A DNA stretch of 64,000 nt, from contig NC_134026.1 in assembly GCF_964204645.1 (NCBI RefSeq), positions 8,703,950-8,767,949 on the forward strand, read 5' to 3'. Below are positions 42,305 to 56,189 of the stretch, in pieces. This stretch comes from Tubulanus polymorphus. Its lineage: Eukaryota > Animalia > Nemertea. The notes below the pieces were generated by a model. The model saw only the letters and a program-made list of their open reading frames with translations. It made no database searches and was not told the origin of the DNA. A program made the position numbers and the translations under genes. Within the stretch, counting starts at the first letter, position 1. Every line of letters begins with the position of its first letter.

Positions 42305-42760
42305 TTTTTGACGCCGTAAAAATCGTTACAATAATGTTCATATATACATTGATAGCTACTATGCGTTACTTTAAGGGGTTCTGTGTGAAGGTATGTGCAC
42401 CACGTCATCAATATTGGCGTTTCAAAAAGAAAATTACAATTGTGAATTTTTGAATGATATATTTCATGACTCTTATTTTTCTATTTGATTAATTTTCATG
42501 TCTTTTTGATTATTGATTTTTGAGTGGATGTGCACTACGTCATTAATCTATCGGGGTTAGACTGGCTGCCGGTCAATTAAATTCAATGACCGACATATTC
42601 AAATTCAAAATAACTCTATTGATCTTCGATATTATACCAGCTACATCATTATCATATCATATCATATCATATCATATCATCTATTATCGACAATATTCAG
42701 CAATACATACGTGTTATTTTCTAAGGCGTCAATAAACTTTCAAGTTAGTTTTCTTGTTGT
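42305..42760 (-). repeat. Dispersed repeat family B copy with internal (ATATC)n
   Basis: Reverse-complement homolog of 19545-19990; (atatc)n at ~42652-42681. Confidence 0.75.
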
Positions 42761-43825
42761 TTTAGTTGTCGAAGCTGTTTGGACGTCTCCTCAATTACGT
42801 ATGTTTCGGTTGAAACTGGCGACACGCATTCGGGGAGAAATTTGAATTTCGAATCTCCACAACGTATGCGCGACGTCACTATTCATAGACAGCGAGTAAC
42901 TTAATGGTTTTGATAAGCGGCGTGACGTGTACGCTGAATGTTTCGGAAGATTGATGACGGGGGGCGAAATCTCGAACATTCGCGGCGCGCGTGCGTGAAA
43001 AGATGCAAAGATCGCGTCGGAGAAGTTGTCACAAATTGACCAAAGCAGACGAACGAACGAACGAACGAACGAACGACACCATTAGACGCCATTTCGAAAG
43101 GAAATAGCAGTCGCCAATTAGACGTTCGCGTGCGGAAGATTGAAACTTTAGCATCGACTCCGGTTTGGGTTCTGTGCCACTATAACGTCGTGATCAATAA
43201 ACCGTATACGGTCAGTGAATGGGATTACATTTTAGTCCACATCGATACACCAGTGACAACTTGAAAACCAATGACGAAAATGAATAAAATTGTGCATCTG
43301 ACTTATCTCGAAACTAGGGGTGAAACCGAATCATCAAACTAATTTCTAAACATCCCGCTAGTATTTTCTAGTTTCAATCTCGCTGTTATGTTCCAGATAT
43401 CACGACAATTCTTTTTGTTCGACTTTCAAACAATTTAGGCAATTTTCAAATGGCCTAGTTCCGCATCAAAAGAAACAACCAACATTTCCAAATAGATAAT
43501 TTGAATGACGAAGACTTCAAATGAAGTTCAATATGTTTAAGGTTAAACATCGCCAAGTTCAAGTTAAAATATATTTGGTCTATAGATTCCTTGCAAAATG
43601 CAACCACGTGTTCCACATGACTGACGTCTTATTGATCGTAAATACAATCTAAGATCTACATGACAAATGGCTTATATTTGGATATCACCACATTATCTTC
43701 TGTTTTTATGTATGGCAAGTCTTCACCAATAAGCTTCTAAAAAACTATGGTGCCATGTGCAAAACCTCTGTAACTGGCTTCAGTCGATTGTTATCAACAG
43801 CGTTTAAATGCTAGTGTCTACTATT

Positions 43826-43929
43826 GTTTTGGCATCTCTAACTTAGATATTAATGAGCATGTCCAAACTGAATTTAGTGTCACTTAAAGTTTTGGCATCC
43901 CTAACTTAGATATTATTGAGTATGTTCAT
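43826..43929. repeat. Imperfect direct repeat, period ~63 bp
   Basis: gttttggcatc(t/c)ctaacttagatatta(a/t)tgag(c/t)atgt occurs twice. Confidence 0.75.
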
Positions 43930-46760
43930 ACGTACATATGTGGTGTCTTACGCCTTAGAAAGATCACTTCTCTTGCAGTCTTATGCCTTAAGGTGAGTCA
44001 GGAAGACTGCCACCCTTTAATCGTAATCTGATTATTGATTATTGGTCAAAACTAATACAATGGCATACTAACCCTAACCAAAACGAAGACCAATGTTAAT
44101 ATGATTAACATTGGGGGTTTGAGTTCGAAAGGGTTAAGGAGTAAAAACTGTGTTTAGAAATTTGAAATCATTGGTGATTCACGCAGTAGACACACGCAGT
44201 CATCACTCCTGTCGAGCGTTACAAGACTTCAACAAGTCACGCAAAGAAATGACTAAAATTATACTTTAATTCGATAATGCGACGTATTTTATTCGATTAT
44301 GCCCGCGCGACGCTGATGTGCATCTTGACAACCAGTGGAAGCCAATGTAAATTCGGAAGAAAACATTGCCAGCAAATCGGATTTCCGGCTTTTCTAACGC
44401 GAGTAAATGCGTATCATTTCCCGACGCAGGGAACCGTGACGTAAGATACCCAGTTTATCAAGAGACCGTTTCGCGAATATACGACGACATAAAACAAACC
44501 ACCTTCGTAGTTTACTCCTCTATAGCGCCAGCCGACATTTCCCAGCTACCGCATACGATGTATATACATTTCGATTTTCATTCACGGATGGAATATTTCG
44601 GCTTTGTGATAAGAGCTGCCGGCAGATTGACATATAGGAGATTATCCCGGCCTAATTTCCGTTGTTTCGGCTGCTTTATCGGGGCCTAAAACGCGGGTAA
44701 ATGGTTACCAGCGATAAACCGGTAAATGTTCTTTTCCTTTTATACGCCTGTTATTTCTTTACGACGGCAGATCGATGGAATTATTATAAGGCTATCAGCA
44801 GAAACAGCTTGCCAAGCGTGATGTCGCGATAGCATTTACAATTTTACCTGGCATCATAAGCCATAAATTGGGTAATAGGGTAATGATTGGTAAATGGTTG
44901 TTGACTCATTGCCACGAATCAAACATAGATGCGTTCCATTATATTTCTATTGCCCAACTGATATTGCGTAGATCGTTCTTAATCAAAATCTCATATTATT
45001 CTAGATGGCGATATCGCCGATTTTTTTGCGACATCCGTATAGCGTATACGACGTTTTTGCAGTAAACACTGGTGGCGTACTTTTTTTCATTTCGGGATAA
45101 AGCGACGCGTCGCCATAAATCACAATGGTCGCTCGTCCGTTTCCCCACAATGACGTGGATTAATTGACGAGCAACCAACTTAAAGATTGTTGCAGTGATT
45201 AGAGTTTGTATAGGGATTCCCTTGACACTGCGAGATATACTAGTGTATCACTTCATAGTGTATCACTCACTAGTGTATACTCTTATATTTGTACATGGAA
45301 AGGGACAAAAACTACAAGAAACTATGAGGGGCGTTTCTTGTCTAGAAGCAGGCCAGTAAAGCCAGCCATGTCTTTGGGAGGTTCGCTTTTCATGAAAGTT
45401 GAACTTTTTTCATGTAAAATGGAATTTTTTCCATGAAAGTACAACTTTTTGTAAGGTTCTCGCGCAAATGTTGAGTCCTGAAAGTACTCCCACAGAAAAT
45501 ATTTGAAAATGAGATACAAAGAGAAGCTATTTCAAAACTTATAGGTAATTTTGGATGAACATTTTGCTTCTTTTTCCTACAATTTGGCAACAAAACAGGT
45601 AAATATGGAAGCATGTGCATATTTCGAACGAAATCTAATAAAAAGGGTTACTAATGAGGGAATGTTTTGAAATCAATGCTCAATGGGCCGACATCTGGGC
45701 GGAAAAATACACCTGAACTGCTGTTTTTGCTCCGCAATATTCTGAAAACCGCCAAAAGTAAAATCCTCCATCCCCCGTTTGGCAATACACTGTTTCATCA
45801 CGCTAAACATTTGATTTGACGTTCGATTCGAAGGAAAGTGTTAACCCGTTGACGTTCAACTACAGGTCAGGTTATCGGATTAGGATTGAGTTATCGTAAC
45901 GCTTAGCAATATCTAGTTATAAACAGCAGCTTCCAGCAGTTTGTTTCTACCATGCCGCTTATACAGCCGTCTCAATGCTGAGCGAGTTTCCGCGTTTCAT
46001 CACAGGATTAGATTGAAAAAACTGCACTGTAATGACCAGAGCCCAAGGATGGATTGGTTCCTGATTACGAGAAATGCAATAAGAGTCCGCTCACGTAACT
46101 TCGACATCGCTTTATCGCAGACGTACATTTTGTTGTTGTTCTTGAGAGTGTTTTTTTTCTGCATGCGTTACGTGTATAGAACGGCGTGAGAGATAGAATA
46201 AACATCGCCTCGTTCTATATCGCTGTATAAAAGGGTAGTTGAGATCTATGAGGTAGATTTTCGGAATGAAGCTGGATAATCTTGCAATTTCCCTCACTTT
46301 TCACGGTTCGTCAAATAATCGATTTCCTAGATTGTATTCAGGAAATAAACACGGAGCGCTCCATGCGCAAACATGCAACGCCTTCGTCTGTTCTATATTC
46401 AAACTGTGCATTTCATCTGCGACGATTTGAAAAAAGTGACCTCGTCCATATTTCCATCTATTTCGGAACATAGTAACCCGACAGCTACGGCCCTGAAGCA
46501 CTACAGAAGCACGTTCAGCGAAGAGAATGTATTTCCTGAAAAATTTAATTTTCGTAGCTTTCGTAGTGATTTCGAAGAAATGCTTCTATTTTTGCATCCA
46601 AAGCCATAAGAAATCCGTTGTGTACAATACGTATATATGTATGAAAAGCCTAACATGTGCGTCGCTTGTCATAATGTGTCTCCATTGGTAAAAAGTTGCA
46701 ATATCACATCTTTGTTTTCTAACACACGTCCTCACAGGCCCAACAAATGATACAAGGCCC

Positions 46761-46893
46761 TATAGAGGAGACATGATGAAAAACTATTTCGTTCCCACGA
46801 AAAACTGTTCGCTCCCACGAAAAACATTTCGTTCGAACGAAAAAAGGAATTCGTTTCCCGATAAGAAATATTTTTCACCACATCGCCTCCACG
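46761..46893. mobile_element. Small MITE-like element with internal 20-bp minisatellite
   Basis: aaaaacNNttcgttcccacg-type units (~4) between degenerate TIRs tagaggagacatgatgaaaa / ttttcaccacatcgcctcca. Confidence 0.5.
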
Positions 46894-48099
46894 ATTCGGT
46901 TCCATGAGAAGTAATGTCGAAACTACCGAAAAAGGAATACTGTCAAGAAATGATGCATATTTGTCATCAGTGATTACGATATACCAAGTCTCACTTCGCG
47001 AGATATATTCAACACAGCTTCGCTGATTTTTCCGTCAATGACGTTTTGCCTTATTGGCGCCAAATTGACCACTTCATTAGCCTGTGGAATTGCGATCGAT
47101 CACGAATATCGGCTACTGAAAAATCAGTCAATATTTTATCAAGCCTTATCTTCTGAATACGTCTATTCGCACAATATTAGTCACACCACTCCACATATCA
47201 CTGCAAGTCATCGAATCATTTTTTTTTTTTCAAATGTCATCCGCTTTACGATTTTGTACAACAACAATAATTTCGACGACGACGACGTTTTCGAACCTAT
47301 CTATTATTTACGCGCCGAACTTCCTTCCCGTATTAAAACAACCAATAATATTCGGTACTTTAATCGACGAATGAAAATTACCATCCGGTCGCCGTATAAA
47401 AAAAACATACGTGCATCGTTAGCGTACAGGGGATTAATTGATTCGAAGTCTTTTGTCGTTTTCATTGAGACTTTGACAGGCAGTATATTGCACGACGCGT
47501 GCCACCGACACGTCTGCGAGATATTGCTTATGTTGTTGTGTATAAGATGCAAAATGAATTCTTGAATGCTTTGATAGACACGTCGACGTCGCACGATCGC
47601 GTGTGTCGCTCGTGAACCGTGTCGACGTACGGCTACGCAATTTCCTTACCAGTAGTGGTACGCTTAATTCTTTATATTTGGGTTGATTAGTTTCGAGAAG
47701 GCGCGCAATAATTGAAAGTTATTCGAGAATAAGTCAATCATCTATGGCTGAAACGAAGTAGTCGTCGTCGTCGTCGTCGTCAGATTTATCGTTTGTTTTT
47801 TTTTTTCGTTCACTGTGTTTCGTAATAACGATTACAAAACCGATTCGCATGACATTATTTCATAAGCTGTGATCATCGCTAAGCGAGTGAAATTGGCGGC
47901 GGCTCCCCGTAGTTTGTTCGGTAGTAAATGATTGCCACGGCGCCAGTTACGGTAGATGGACGACTATGTTGCGACCATTTATAGATTCATTAATTAAATC
48001 TACGTCTACACACTTTGCCATCAACGGGACGACCGAATGCGATACAAGAAAAACGTACTTCGGTGAACCGATTAATTGTATTCATAGCGAGCTATGTGT

Positions 48100-48530
48100 T
48101 TAACAAAAAGCTAACTCAAATGTTTATTAATGCCTTGAAAAATAACGTAATAATGCTAAATATTGTCGGCCATACACAATATCATAGACCAATAAAGTTA
48201 TTTGAATTTGAATATAATACCGATAATTGAATTGAATTGAATTGACCGGCAACCAGTCTAAGTCTAACTCCGATATATTGACGTATAGTAGACATCAGTA
48301 CAGAATTTAACATCAAAAAGACATGAAAATCTATGAAATAGACAATAAGAGTCATTGAATATGTTTACTCACAAATTAGATGCCAAAATTCACAATTGTA
48401 ATTGTCATTTTGAAACGTAAATATTGATGACGTAGTACACATCGACTCACACACAGAAACCCTTAAATAATGCATAGTAGTTATCAATGTATACAAACAT
48501 TATTGTAACGGTTTTTAATACGTCGGAAAA
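48100..48530 (+). repeat. Dispersed repeat family B copy
   Basis: aacaaaaagctaactcaaatgtttatt...tttgaatttgaatat...gaccggcaaccagtcta...attgatgacgtagtacacatcga. Confidence 0.75.
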
Positions 48531-50489
48531 TTATTGATGTTAGAAGGATTCAGGGGCCAGTGGACCCGGATATTCTCCTTCCCCTTTGAGTTTGATCGTT
48601 TTCTAGCGTCCGACAATAAAAGACGAAAATATCTCTTTCACCTAAAAAGAGCTACGATTGTGAATCAGCGAGATTTTCAAAACCATTTCTTTCATTTCGC
48701 CGAGGATTAGCGACTTCGAGCCAAGTACCCACAGCTGTGTCTGCGTGACCGTTGAATTGGTGTGATTGATCTTTCCATCAAACTCGAATTCGATGCATTC
48801 CCTGCAGATTACCACTGACGCCCTTGGGTGGGCATGAATATGTTTACCTAGCAGTGCAACTGAACCGACGTCGCCAACGAGGAAAAAACCAGGACTTTGA
48901 AAGACTCCCCGTGACCTTTGCAGATGAATTTTCAATTTCGACGTAATTCGAGTAATTGTCGATTGACGCCTGACATGCGGCCACTTCAATCATGCAATGG
49001 ACGTGACCAAAGATTCATAATGTACCAGTTCCAAGACCACTTGGCGTTTCCCGCATCGGAAGTTGGAGATAGCTGATTCAACGTGCCTCAGGGATACGGG
49101 CGACTTCATCTTCTGCCAAATTGAATAACATCCTCCATTCTCCGCGAGCCTTCCCCGAAGGTATATAATTAACGTCCAAAGTCGACAAATCATGCAGTCG
49201 ACGCGTTCAGAGAACTGGTCCGAACAGTTTCGTTGATTGCCCCTGTCGATCACGCTTTGTGTATTCCATATTTTCGTCATATCTAGGGACATTCTGCTAT
49301 TTGCATGTTGATTGACCTTTGGCACGGGCGGTATCTTCTTTCTCGCCGACAAAAAAAACGTAGACCGCTAAATATATCACTTGAACGATAATCGATGATG
49401 GAATAGATATGATATGAAAGAAACGGAGGCGGTAGCGGCGGAAATCGTGTTCTTTTCTTGAGTCGGGTGAACGATGTCGTTTGGTTGTCGCGGGCCCCGA
49501 GTCGATTTTTCTTCAATACGATCTTTCGAAGAGGCGCGCATTAAAACTTTTCAGTCAGAGGCCGACCGTCGTGTCATAAATTCACGGACGAGATTGCGCG
49601 TGAAATGTATCGGGCGATGTATACATGTGACAATCAGTAGAGACATGTTTCAATAGAGAGGACCGCGTTGTTCACGGATGACGGATGGGTTCAGTTCGCT
49701 GATCCTGTCGACCAAGTCGTCAGTTACCCGTCACCTTCGGGACTTGTGCAGTCTGTCTTGTCGGCGAATGCAATAAAGAAAACATGTCCTCCGAGTACAA
49801 AATGCTTTCGATCATCAAAGTGTCGCAGTGTCTCCGCAAATTAAAAATATGGACCGGTATCGCGGATAGGATCGTTTTAGCGATTCAGTTGATAGATTCC
49901 CGGTAGGTACGGATTCGCATTCTCTGCAGATAAGCATTTAAGCCGTTAACGTCAAACGATATACGATTGCAATCAGAGTTGTGTGGAATAATATTCGACG
50001 CAGAAATCATTTTGAGCCGCCGGTCCAATAATAAACGAAGAGGAAATCCGCTGTAGGGCAAATATATTTTGAATGTGTATATGCCGAGAAACGAAGATCG
50101 TATTTCTATTCGTGCGATGTCTCCAGACGTCTGCCACAAAGACCTGTATAAAAAAAAACTGGTAATTCTATTGTGCCAATCGAGGGTCCGTTCGGTGGAC
50201 AAGTGTGAAGAAAAAAAGTGTCATTATGCGTCATCGTTTTCACGTCATTCGAAACATTGCCATAAGTCATAAATAAAACCTACGTCGTTTAGCCATTTTT
50301 GAAAAGAGAAAACATGACAATGAACGATCAACGTATCAAAATACATATTTTTGCTGATTTTTTAGCTTTTTCTGAAGCTCCAGGGTAAATATCGTCGTTG
50401 CCAAAGTTGAACAAAAAATACACAAAGCTACTGAGCTATACATATAAACTTGTAGAACTTGCAGTATTATATTTTGTGAGATACTTCAC

Positions 50490-50800
50490 TCATTTATTGT
50501 CACTCACTATACTTTTATTCACTATTGTTTTTGATATTTAACCCCTAGTTTGACTTCTTTTAATTTGTTTAGCTTGTAACTGTTCCATGATGTAATACCC
50601 CCAGTTTGCTTCAACCTTAATTACTTTAATTGTCTCTTCGTTCTCGATGGCTTGTGTAAATATTTTGTCTCACTCGGTATCCTGAAGATGACTATTAGGA
50701 TATAGTCGTAACGTCGGATGAATAAGTTTATAGCTGAAAGGAAACTTTTCGGACTTTATATCTTTCGTTATATATGTGTGGTATTCTCTATATATTGTGA
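50490..50800 (+). mobile_element. Penelope-like terminal repeat with mutated hammerhead (50676-50720)
   Basis: tatc CTGAAGA t gactat-taggat-atagtc GTAA cgtc ggat (GAAA changed to GTAA); downstream aaggaaacttttcggact matches the 3375-3395 copy. Confidence 0.6.
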
Positions 50801-51359
50801 GAATATTCGAAATATTTTTTCTTTATAATCAAAGATCCGTCATATGCAAATATTGCCGAGAAGTATTGATGGTCTGTCACTGCAACTGATGATTATCCGA
50901 AAACCATACACATTTAGTATCTAAACGTCACGTTCCTGGTGTATGCAGATGTATGCATTAAGTGGATTTTTATCATGCTGTTATGTACGTAATCAAATTC
51001 TACATGACGAATCGCGATCCGTAATTGAAAGCTTCTCACAATGGGGCGAAAGTATAACCGATCGAGGATTCATCATCGGTATCGACGCCGTAATAATATC
51101 ACCACGAAAACATATTGATATATCGTGTGCGTCGCTACGATCGCCGGTTGGAATTTGTTTACGTAGCAAATCGGTCGCTTTTGTGCGGTTTTAATCGAAT
51201 AGCGGATGATTAACGGGTTCGAGAGTGAGTTTATTCAGATAGTAAACCGCGACTGTCTCCTCGTTTACCATCTGGATCGCGCGCGCTTAGTAATTCAATC
51301 GAACAGAAAATGAGTAATGTGGAATGTAGAGGCATAGCTATGAATTAGCATTCGATTTG

Positions 51360-52740
51360 TTTTTGTCGCTGTAAAAAGCCGTTACAATAGTTTTATGTGC
51401 ACTGATACCTTAAAGTATGCGTTATCATTTAAGGGGTTGTGTGTAGTCGATTCGCACCACGTCATCAATATTGGCGTTTCAAAATTTTTGATACTTGATT
51501 TGACATTTATTTTTGGTAAACCATCAATATATACGCAATCTATACAACATGATGGATAATCGATATCATTTCTAATACATAATGTGTTACATGGTTCCAT
51601 TTTTCTGCATACGCGTATTACGCTATTTTCATGGCAATTTTATAAATTCTAAAGATTTTTTTGGATTAGTATCATCGTTTGATTGTTTTCATGTTGGAAT
51701 TGAGGGCACTATGTGTTTCCCCAGCGTAATTAGATTTGCAACGATGTTTGAAGTTCACAACGACCGCTTGTTTTTATTGAAAGACTGGATCTTTGCATTA
51801 ATAAAGTCATGTCACCTAGCAGTTATCCTCTATTCTCCTATCGACACTGCCCTCAGTCCCATGTTTAGCGTTCGACGATTGAACATTCTAGGTCAGATAA
51901 GAGAAGTTTCTTGACATTTTTTGTTTTTTCTGGACTAGGTCCAATCCCAATGCTAAGTATCTGATTCAAATCCTCAAAAAATCTTGAGAATTTAGAAAAT
52001 TGCCATGAAAATAGCGTAATACGCGTATGCAGAAAAATCGACGGTCAACCACTCGCGTGCGCTTTGCGCTTGACTCAACCGGTAGCCACGCGCGTTTCTA
52101 TAAAGATATTTTTAAGAAAGTAGGATCAACAAAATCCTCAGATAAAACTATATCTTCAATGAAAAATTCTACATTGTATCTCAAAACATGAAAAAGTTAC
52201 AGTCAATAACACAAAATTACCAATCTTTTTGAGGCGCCTTCCTTAAAAAGTGACGTATATTTTTTAAACTGTTATTGTATCCGATTGTTGCAGCCGAGAA
52301 AAATAATATACCATCTGAAAATAGAAATTGTCACCTTTCTAACGATACATGACTTAAATTTTTGAAGCAAAAGGGGGATGGACTACAATGAATCGCGCTA
52401 AAGGTTTTAGTTTTTAAAAAAATGTGAAAATCTTTCTAACAACCCGCGGGACCGCCTCAAAATGGCGCCTGGAAACTGGAAACTTCCCTATTGCGAAGTT
52501 TGGCGTTTATCTTGTAGTTAGATATACCCATTATTTCATAACTCATATTTCATTTTTGATGAATTTCAATGATCATTTTGAGAGGATGTGCACTGCTTCA
52601 TTAATATGTCGGAGTTAGAATGGTTGCCGGTCAATGCAATTCAATTAGCGATATATTCAAATTCAAATACTTTATTAATAAGCAATACATATAAGTTATT
52701 TCAAGGCGTCAATAATCTTTCAAGTTTCTTCTCTTGTTTT
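51360..52740 (-). repeat. Family B copy split by a ~1-kb insertion (parts 51360-51490 and 52545-52740)
   Basis: The two halves align collinearly with 42305-42760. Confidence 0.6.
51599..52038. mobile_element. Inverted-repeat element (~70-bp arms, ~290-bp spacer)
   Basis: atttttctgcatacgcgtattacgctattttcatggcaatttt... and its reverse complement at 51962-52038; no TSD seen. Confidence 0.7.
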
Positions 52741-54001
52741 TACTACTTCGTTCTGTGGTCAAATTGCGAAAATGTTTGATACGCTGTGTTTTTAGCTCAG
52801 GACAATCTGTTCGACCAGACTTCACCCGATCAAATATCCTCGGCATGCGCTCAGCGGTAGCCGAAAGGTATTGTCGATCTCCTATAGCCGCCATTTGTTA
52901 CAGGGAAAGACTTTTTCTCTTGGCGTACGTGGTGGCAATTCGAAGAAAAATCACGCACGGCATTAATGTCCGTCAATGCAAATCACCTCGTTACCTTTTC
53001 CGTGTTGGGTCCTGATAAGAATGGTTTGTACTAATGTGTATAGCCCGTTTTATAACTCTCAGATCAAGGTGGACAATCGAGCGAACGTCTGCAATCATCG
53101 ATTTGGACCGTTTAATGGTCTTTTTTGCCTAAAAAGAGCAGCTTTCGTATGTCATAAAGAAGTCGAAATAGCCCTAATTAGTTCTAATGGAACTAAGCGA
53201 TGGAAATCAAAACGTGTTCACGGTACCGACTACATTCGTTCTCCAATCATAGGCATGCAGACGAAAAAAAAAACAAATTGCAGATGTCTACGTATAAATC
53301 TTACGCTGCCAACACAATTGTCCAGTATGATCCTGGCCGCTTTCAGGATCATTTGAATTCTAGTCATTTCAACTATTCTGTAAATTTCCTACAAAGAAAG
53401 TATGTTGTACTCAAATTATTATAATGATACATTCGTGCCACTTATAACGTTTGTAGTGGTTGTACAAAATCCTGACCACCCCAAACGATAAAAAGAGACC
53501 TATGGAGAATTTCTTGAACTTCTTCGAGAAAACTGGTAGTTCCAGGCAGTTTGGGGAAGTGACAGGCAGAGGAACAACAAAGCCAGTAAAGTTAACAAGT
53601 ATCAATTATGCTTGACTTCATCATCAAAAGCACCTATAAGCACTAATCGAATTTTCGGGATGGAAAAAAGAACTTAAAATATTTTTCATTAGTATTACTT
53701 AGGAAGATCACCTTTGATAGGTTAAGTTTTAAATGGAGCTAATCGCGCAGCGAGAGTCAACGGACAAAAGACAAGCATCGATACACAGCATTTTCTGAGC
53801 AAGTTATTTCTGGTAGATAAAAAATGGATAAATCCGGTAAAATAACGGTAAAATCAAAGTTAAAGGAGTCAATACTGGTCGAAACTGTTTTCTATTATGC
53901 CGTTGATACTGTTAGCAGAAAGCCCATAGAAGTTACAGTATGGAATAGAGTCTGATGAATATGGGCTTACACCTGAACCGTCATGAGAGAGTCCAACCTT
54001 A

Positions 54002-54439
54002 TGGGATCGTTCATTTAGTTCGTACGCACGATAGGGAGAGAGGGGGTCAGTGAATATGCAAGCAAATGCGTATAGGGGAGGTAGGGGGGTCTAAACAGCC
54101 CTATTACGCACCATTTGATGCCTTTTTGATACATCATTGAATAACAATATTGGTTTACAATAAGCTATAACTCAATAAAACACTTGTTATTGTTCCAACG
54201 ATCGTCGTGATGGCCGCATCGGCAGAATTTAGAGAAATGCAAAGAGGATTCTGATCGTGTCCAGTTCGACTCCAATGCATATCTCACTTGGTTTCATAGA
54301 TACAACGGTAGTTACCATTAATAAGTATGTTCTCGTAATGCGTAAGCACAGGGGGTGGTCAAAAAGGTAACGTCGCGTTTAAGGGATGGAGGGGTAAAAA
54401 ATCGCCTATTTTTGCGTACGTTCTAATTTAACGATCCCC
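54002..54439. mobile_element. MITE, PIF/Harbinger-like
   Basis: TIRs gggatcgttcatttagttcgtacgca / tgcgtacgttctaatttaacgatcccc, with G-rich subterminal repeats. Confidence 0.7.
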
Positions 54440-54804
54440 TAGAGTGCAAGAAGAATAATATTTCGTCGTTTTCGTTGCTCAAACCACAAGTTGAATGACC
54501 TCAATCGAAATATCGAACTGAAGGGACGGAGAGAATTCATCGTGTTTGCGACTCAAAAGATATCGGAGACGAATTCCACCTAACATAATTTTGCCGAAAC
54601 TTCCGAACCAAATCTCGATTTCTTGATTTTCTAGAACTGTTGCCAAGTGTGTATAGATTTATCCGCAGCTGATGAATATCAAAGGCAAACAGAATTAGTT
54701 CACTTAATCATCTGATTTTCACTTATTTTTTATGAAGCAATTAACTTCAATTCTATTATTCTATACATTTTTTACAACATACAAAAAAAATCTAATTGTT
54801 TAAT

Positions 54805-55005
54805 AAGACTACGTCATCAATAGAGTGGCACTAGACTGGTTGCCGGTCAAATCAATTCAATTATCGATTTATTCAAATCCAGAATATCTTTATTGATGTT
54901 TGCTACTAAACAGTTGATACTATATCATTTATTGTCGACAGTATTAAGCGATACATGTTGTATTTTTCAAGGCATCAATAAACTTTTGAGTTAGTTTTCT
55001 TGTTT
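54805..55005 (-). repeat. Dispersed repeat family B, partial copy
   Basis: ctacgtcatcaat...tagactggttgccggtcaa...aataaacttttgagttagttttcttgtt. Confidence 0.7.
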
Positions 55006-55053
55006 TACTTAAGTAAGATTGATAAAGTTTCATTCAGTTGATTAGGGCAGCAG

Positions 55054-55113
55054 CGCTACTGTGGCAATCGAGGATTCCACTTATGGCAGGCGAGGATCCA
55101 CCAGGTTTGCTAG
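55054..55113 (+). repeat. ~60-bp motif family C, copy 2
   Basis: cgctactgtggcaatcgaggattccacttatggcaggcgaggatccaccaggtttgctag. Confidence 0.7.
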
Positions 55114-55271
55114 TTCATCGTTGGTCCTCCGCGTTCGATTCCTTCTACTTCTTACGAGTAGAAGAATGAAAGTATTTCATATTTGGTAGGTGCTGTGATA
55201 AAAAAAAAAAATCCAGTTCAAAGTTAATTGAAAATGAATACATTTTGACAACGGACGACCTACTGCTTGTC

Positions 55272-55286
55272 ACACCATCTGGCGGG
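55272..55286 (-). promoter_or_regulatory. CTCF-like motif
   Basis: Minus strand ccgccagatggtgt, with cgcaat upstream at the same spacing as the 39469 site. Confidence 0.3.
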
Positions 55287-56157
55287 AAAGCTAGAATTGC
55301 GCGTACCCCATTGGATCGGTATCCAGGAACGGTACGTATGAACAATGACTGTTTGGGTTTAATGTGGCGTAATTTGTGTTGTTATTGTCGGTACGTGTAT
55401 ATGGCATGTATATATATGTATATACATGCGACTGTACCGAACGGCTAACTACGAACCGAATTAACCTCGTCATTAATTGATGTTTTAATTTACCCTTGGT
55501 TGCTGAGCGCAAGTCATGCATATGTTCATAGCTGATTACCATTTTAATTAAGGCGATTAGAACGCGAGACAATTTAATGCCTTAGTCCTTTTGTCCGTTG
55601 TCGATAATCAATAAGAACACCTGCTCCTCGTTCGTAACATTATCGTAATATCGTCGGAAATCAGATATTTCTGAGCGTGTTTTTGGCATAAATCGATCCG
55701 AATTTACTCGCGTTTGGCCATTAAGCCGCAATAGCGCATTCATTGAACGCGAAATCTGCGAGAGAAAAAAAATCAAAACGTCAGCGAAAGAAGCGGAGTG
55801 GTATTAGCATATAATTTTCGAATCTATCTCAATATAATCCACATAAGAATTTTAATTCGATTCGCTTATTTCGCGTATTTCAGCTGCCATCATGACAGCG
55901 ACCGTTTTGTAGACTCCGCCTAATCCGGTACAGATTGGACGTTCATTTTCTACTGAATTAGGCGGTTATCAGTTTGAATAACCGCAACATTCGAATAAGT
56001 CCTTTTGATAGACTTGACGTTTTAAGTTACTTTTAAATACCGCGGCACTTTCCTCCGTTTCGGTTCACCTATATATGATCCACTTTCGTAATAAAAACTA
56101 TGGTCAATTAAGGTCATGAGTAAGCAGTCAATTGTAACATAGGGCCTCATGAATCAC

Positions 56158-56189
56158 CATAGAACTCAAAAATCAAATTGAGCTCTATG
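56158..56189. mobile_element. 32-bp micro-MITE (CAT...ATG, P-superfamily-like)
   Basis: catagaactcaaaaatcaaattgagctctatg flanked by 7-bp TSD gaatcac (56151-56157, 56190-56196). Confidence 0.75.

Noticed and set aside
47038-47640. 175-aa ORF and overlapping ORFs
   Set aside because: Non-protein-like composition across homopolymer runs; no motif.
51319-51340. miR-1-like seed tggaatgta
   Set aside because: Only the first 9 nt match and there is no convincing precursor hairpin; no conserved miRNA was recognised anywhere in the window.
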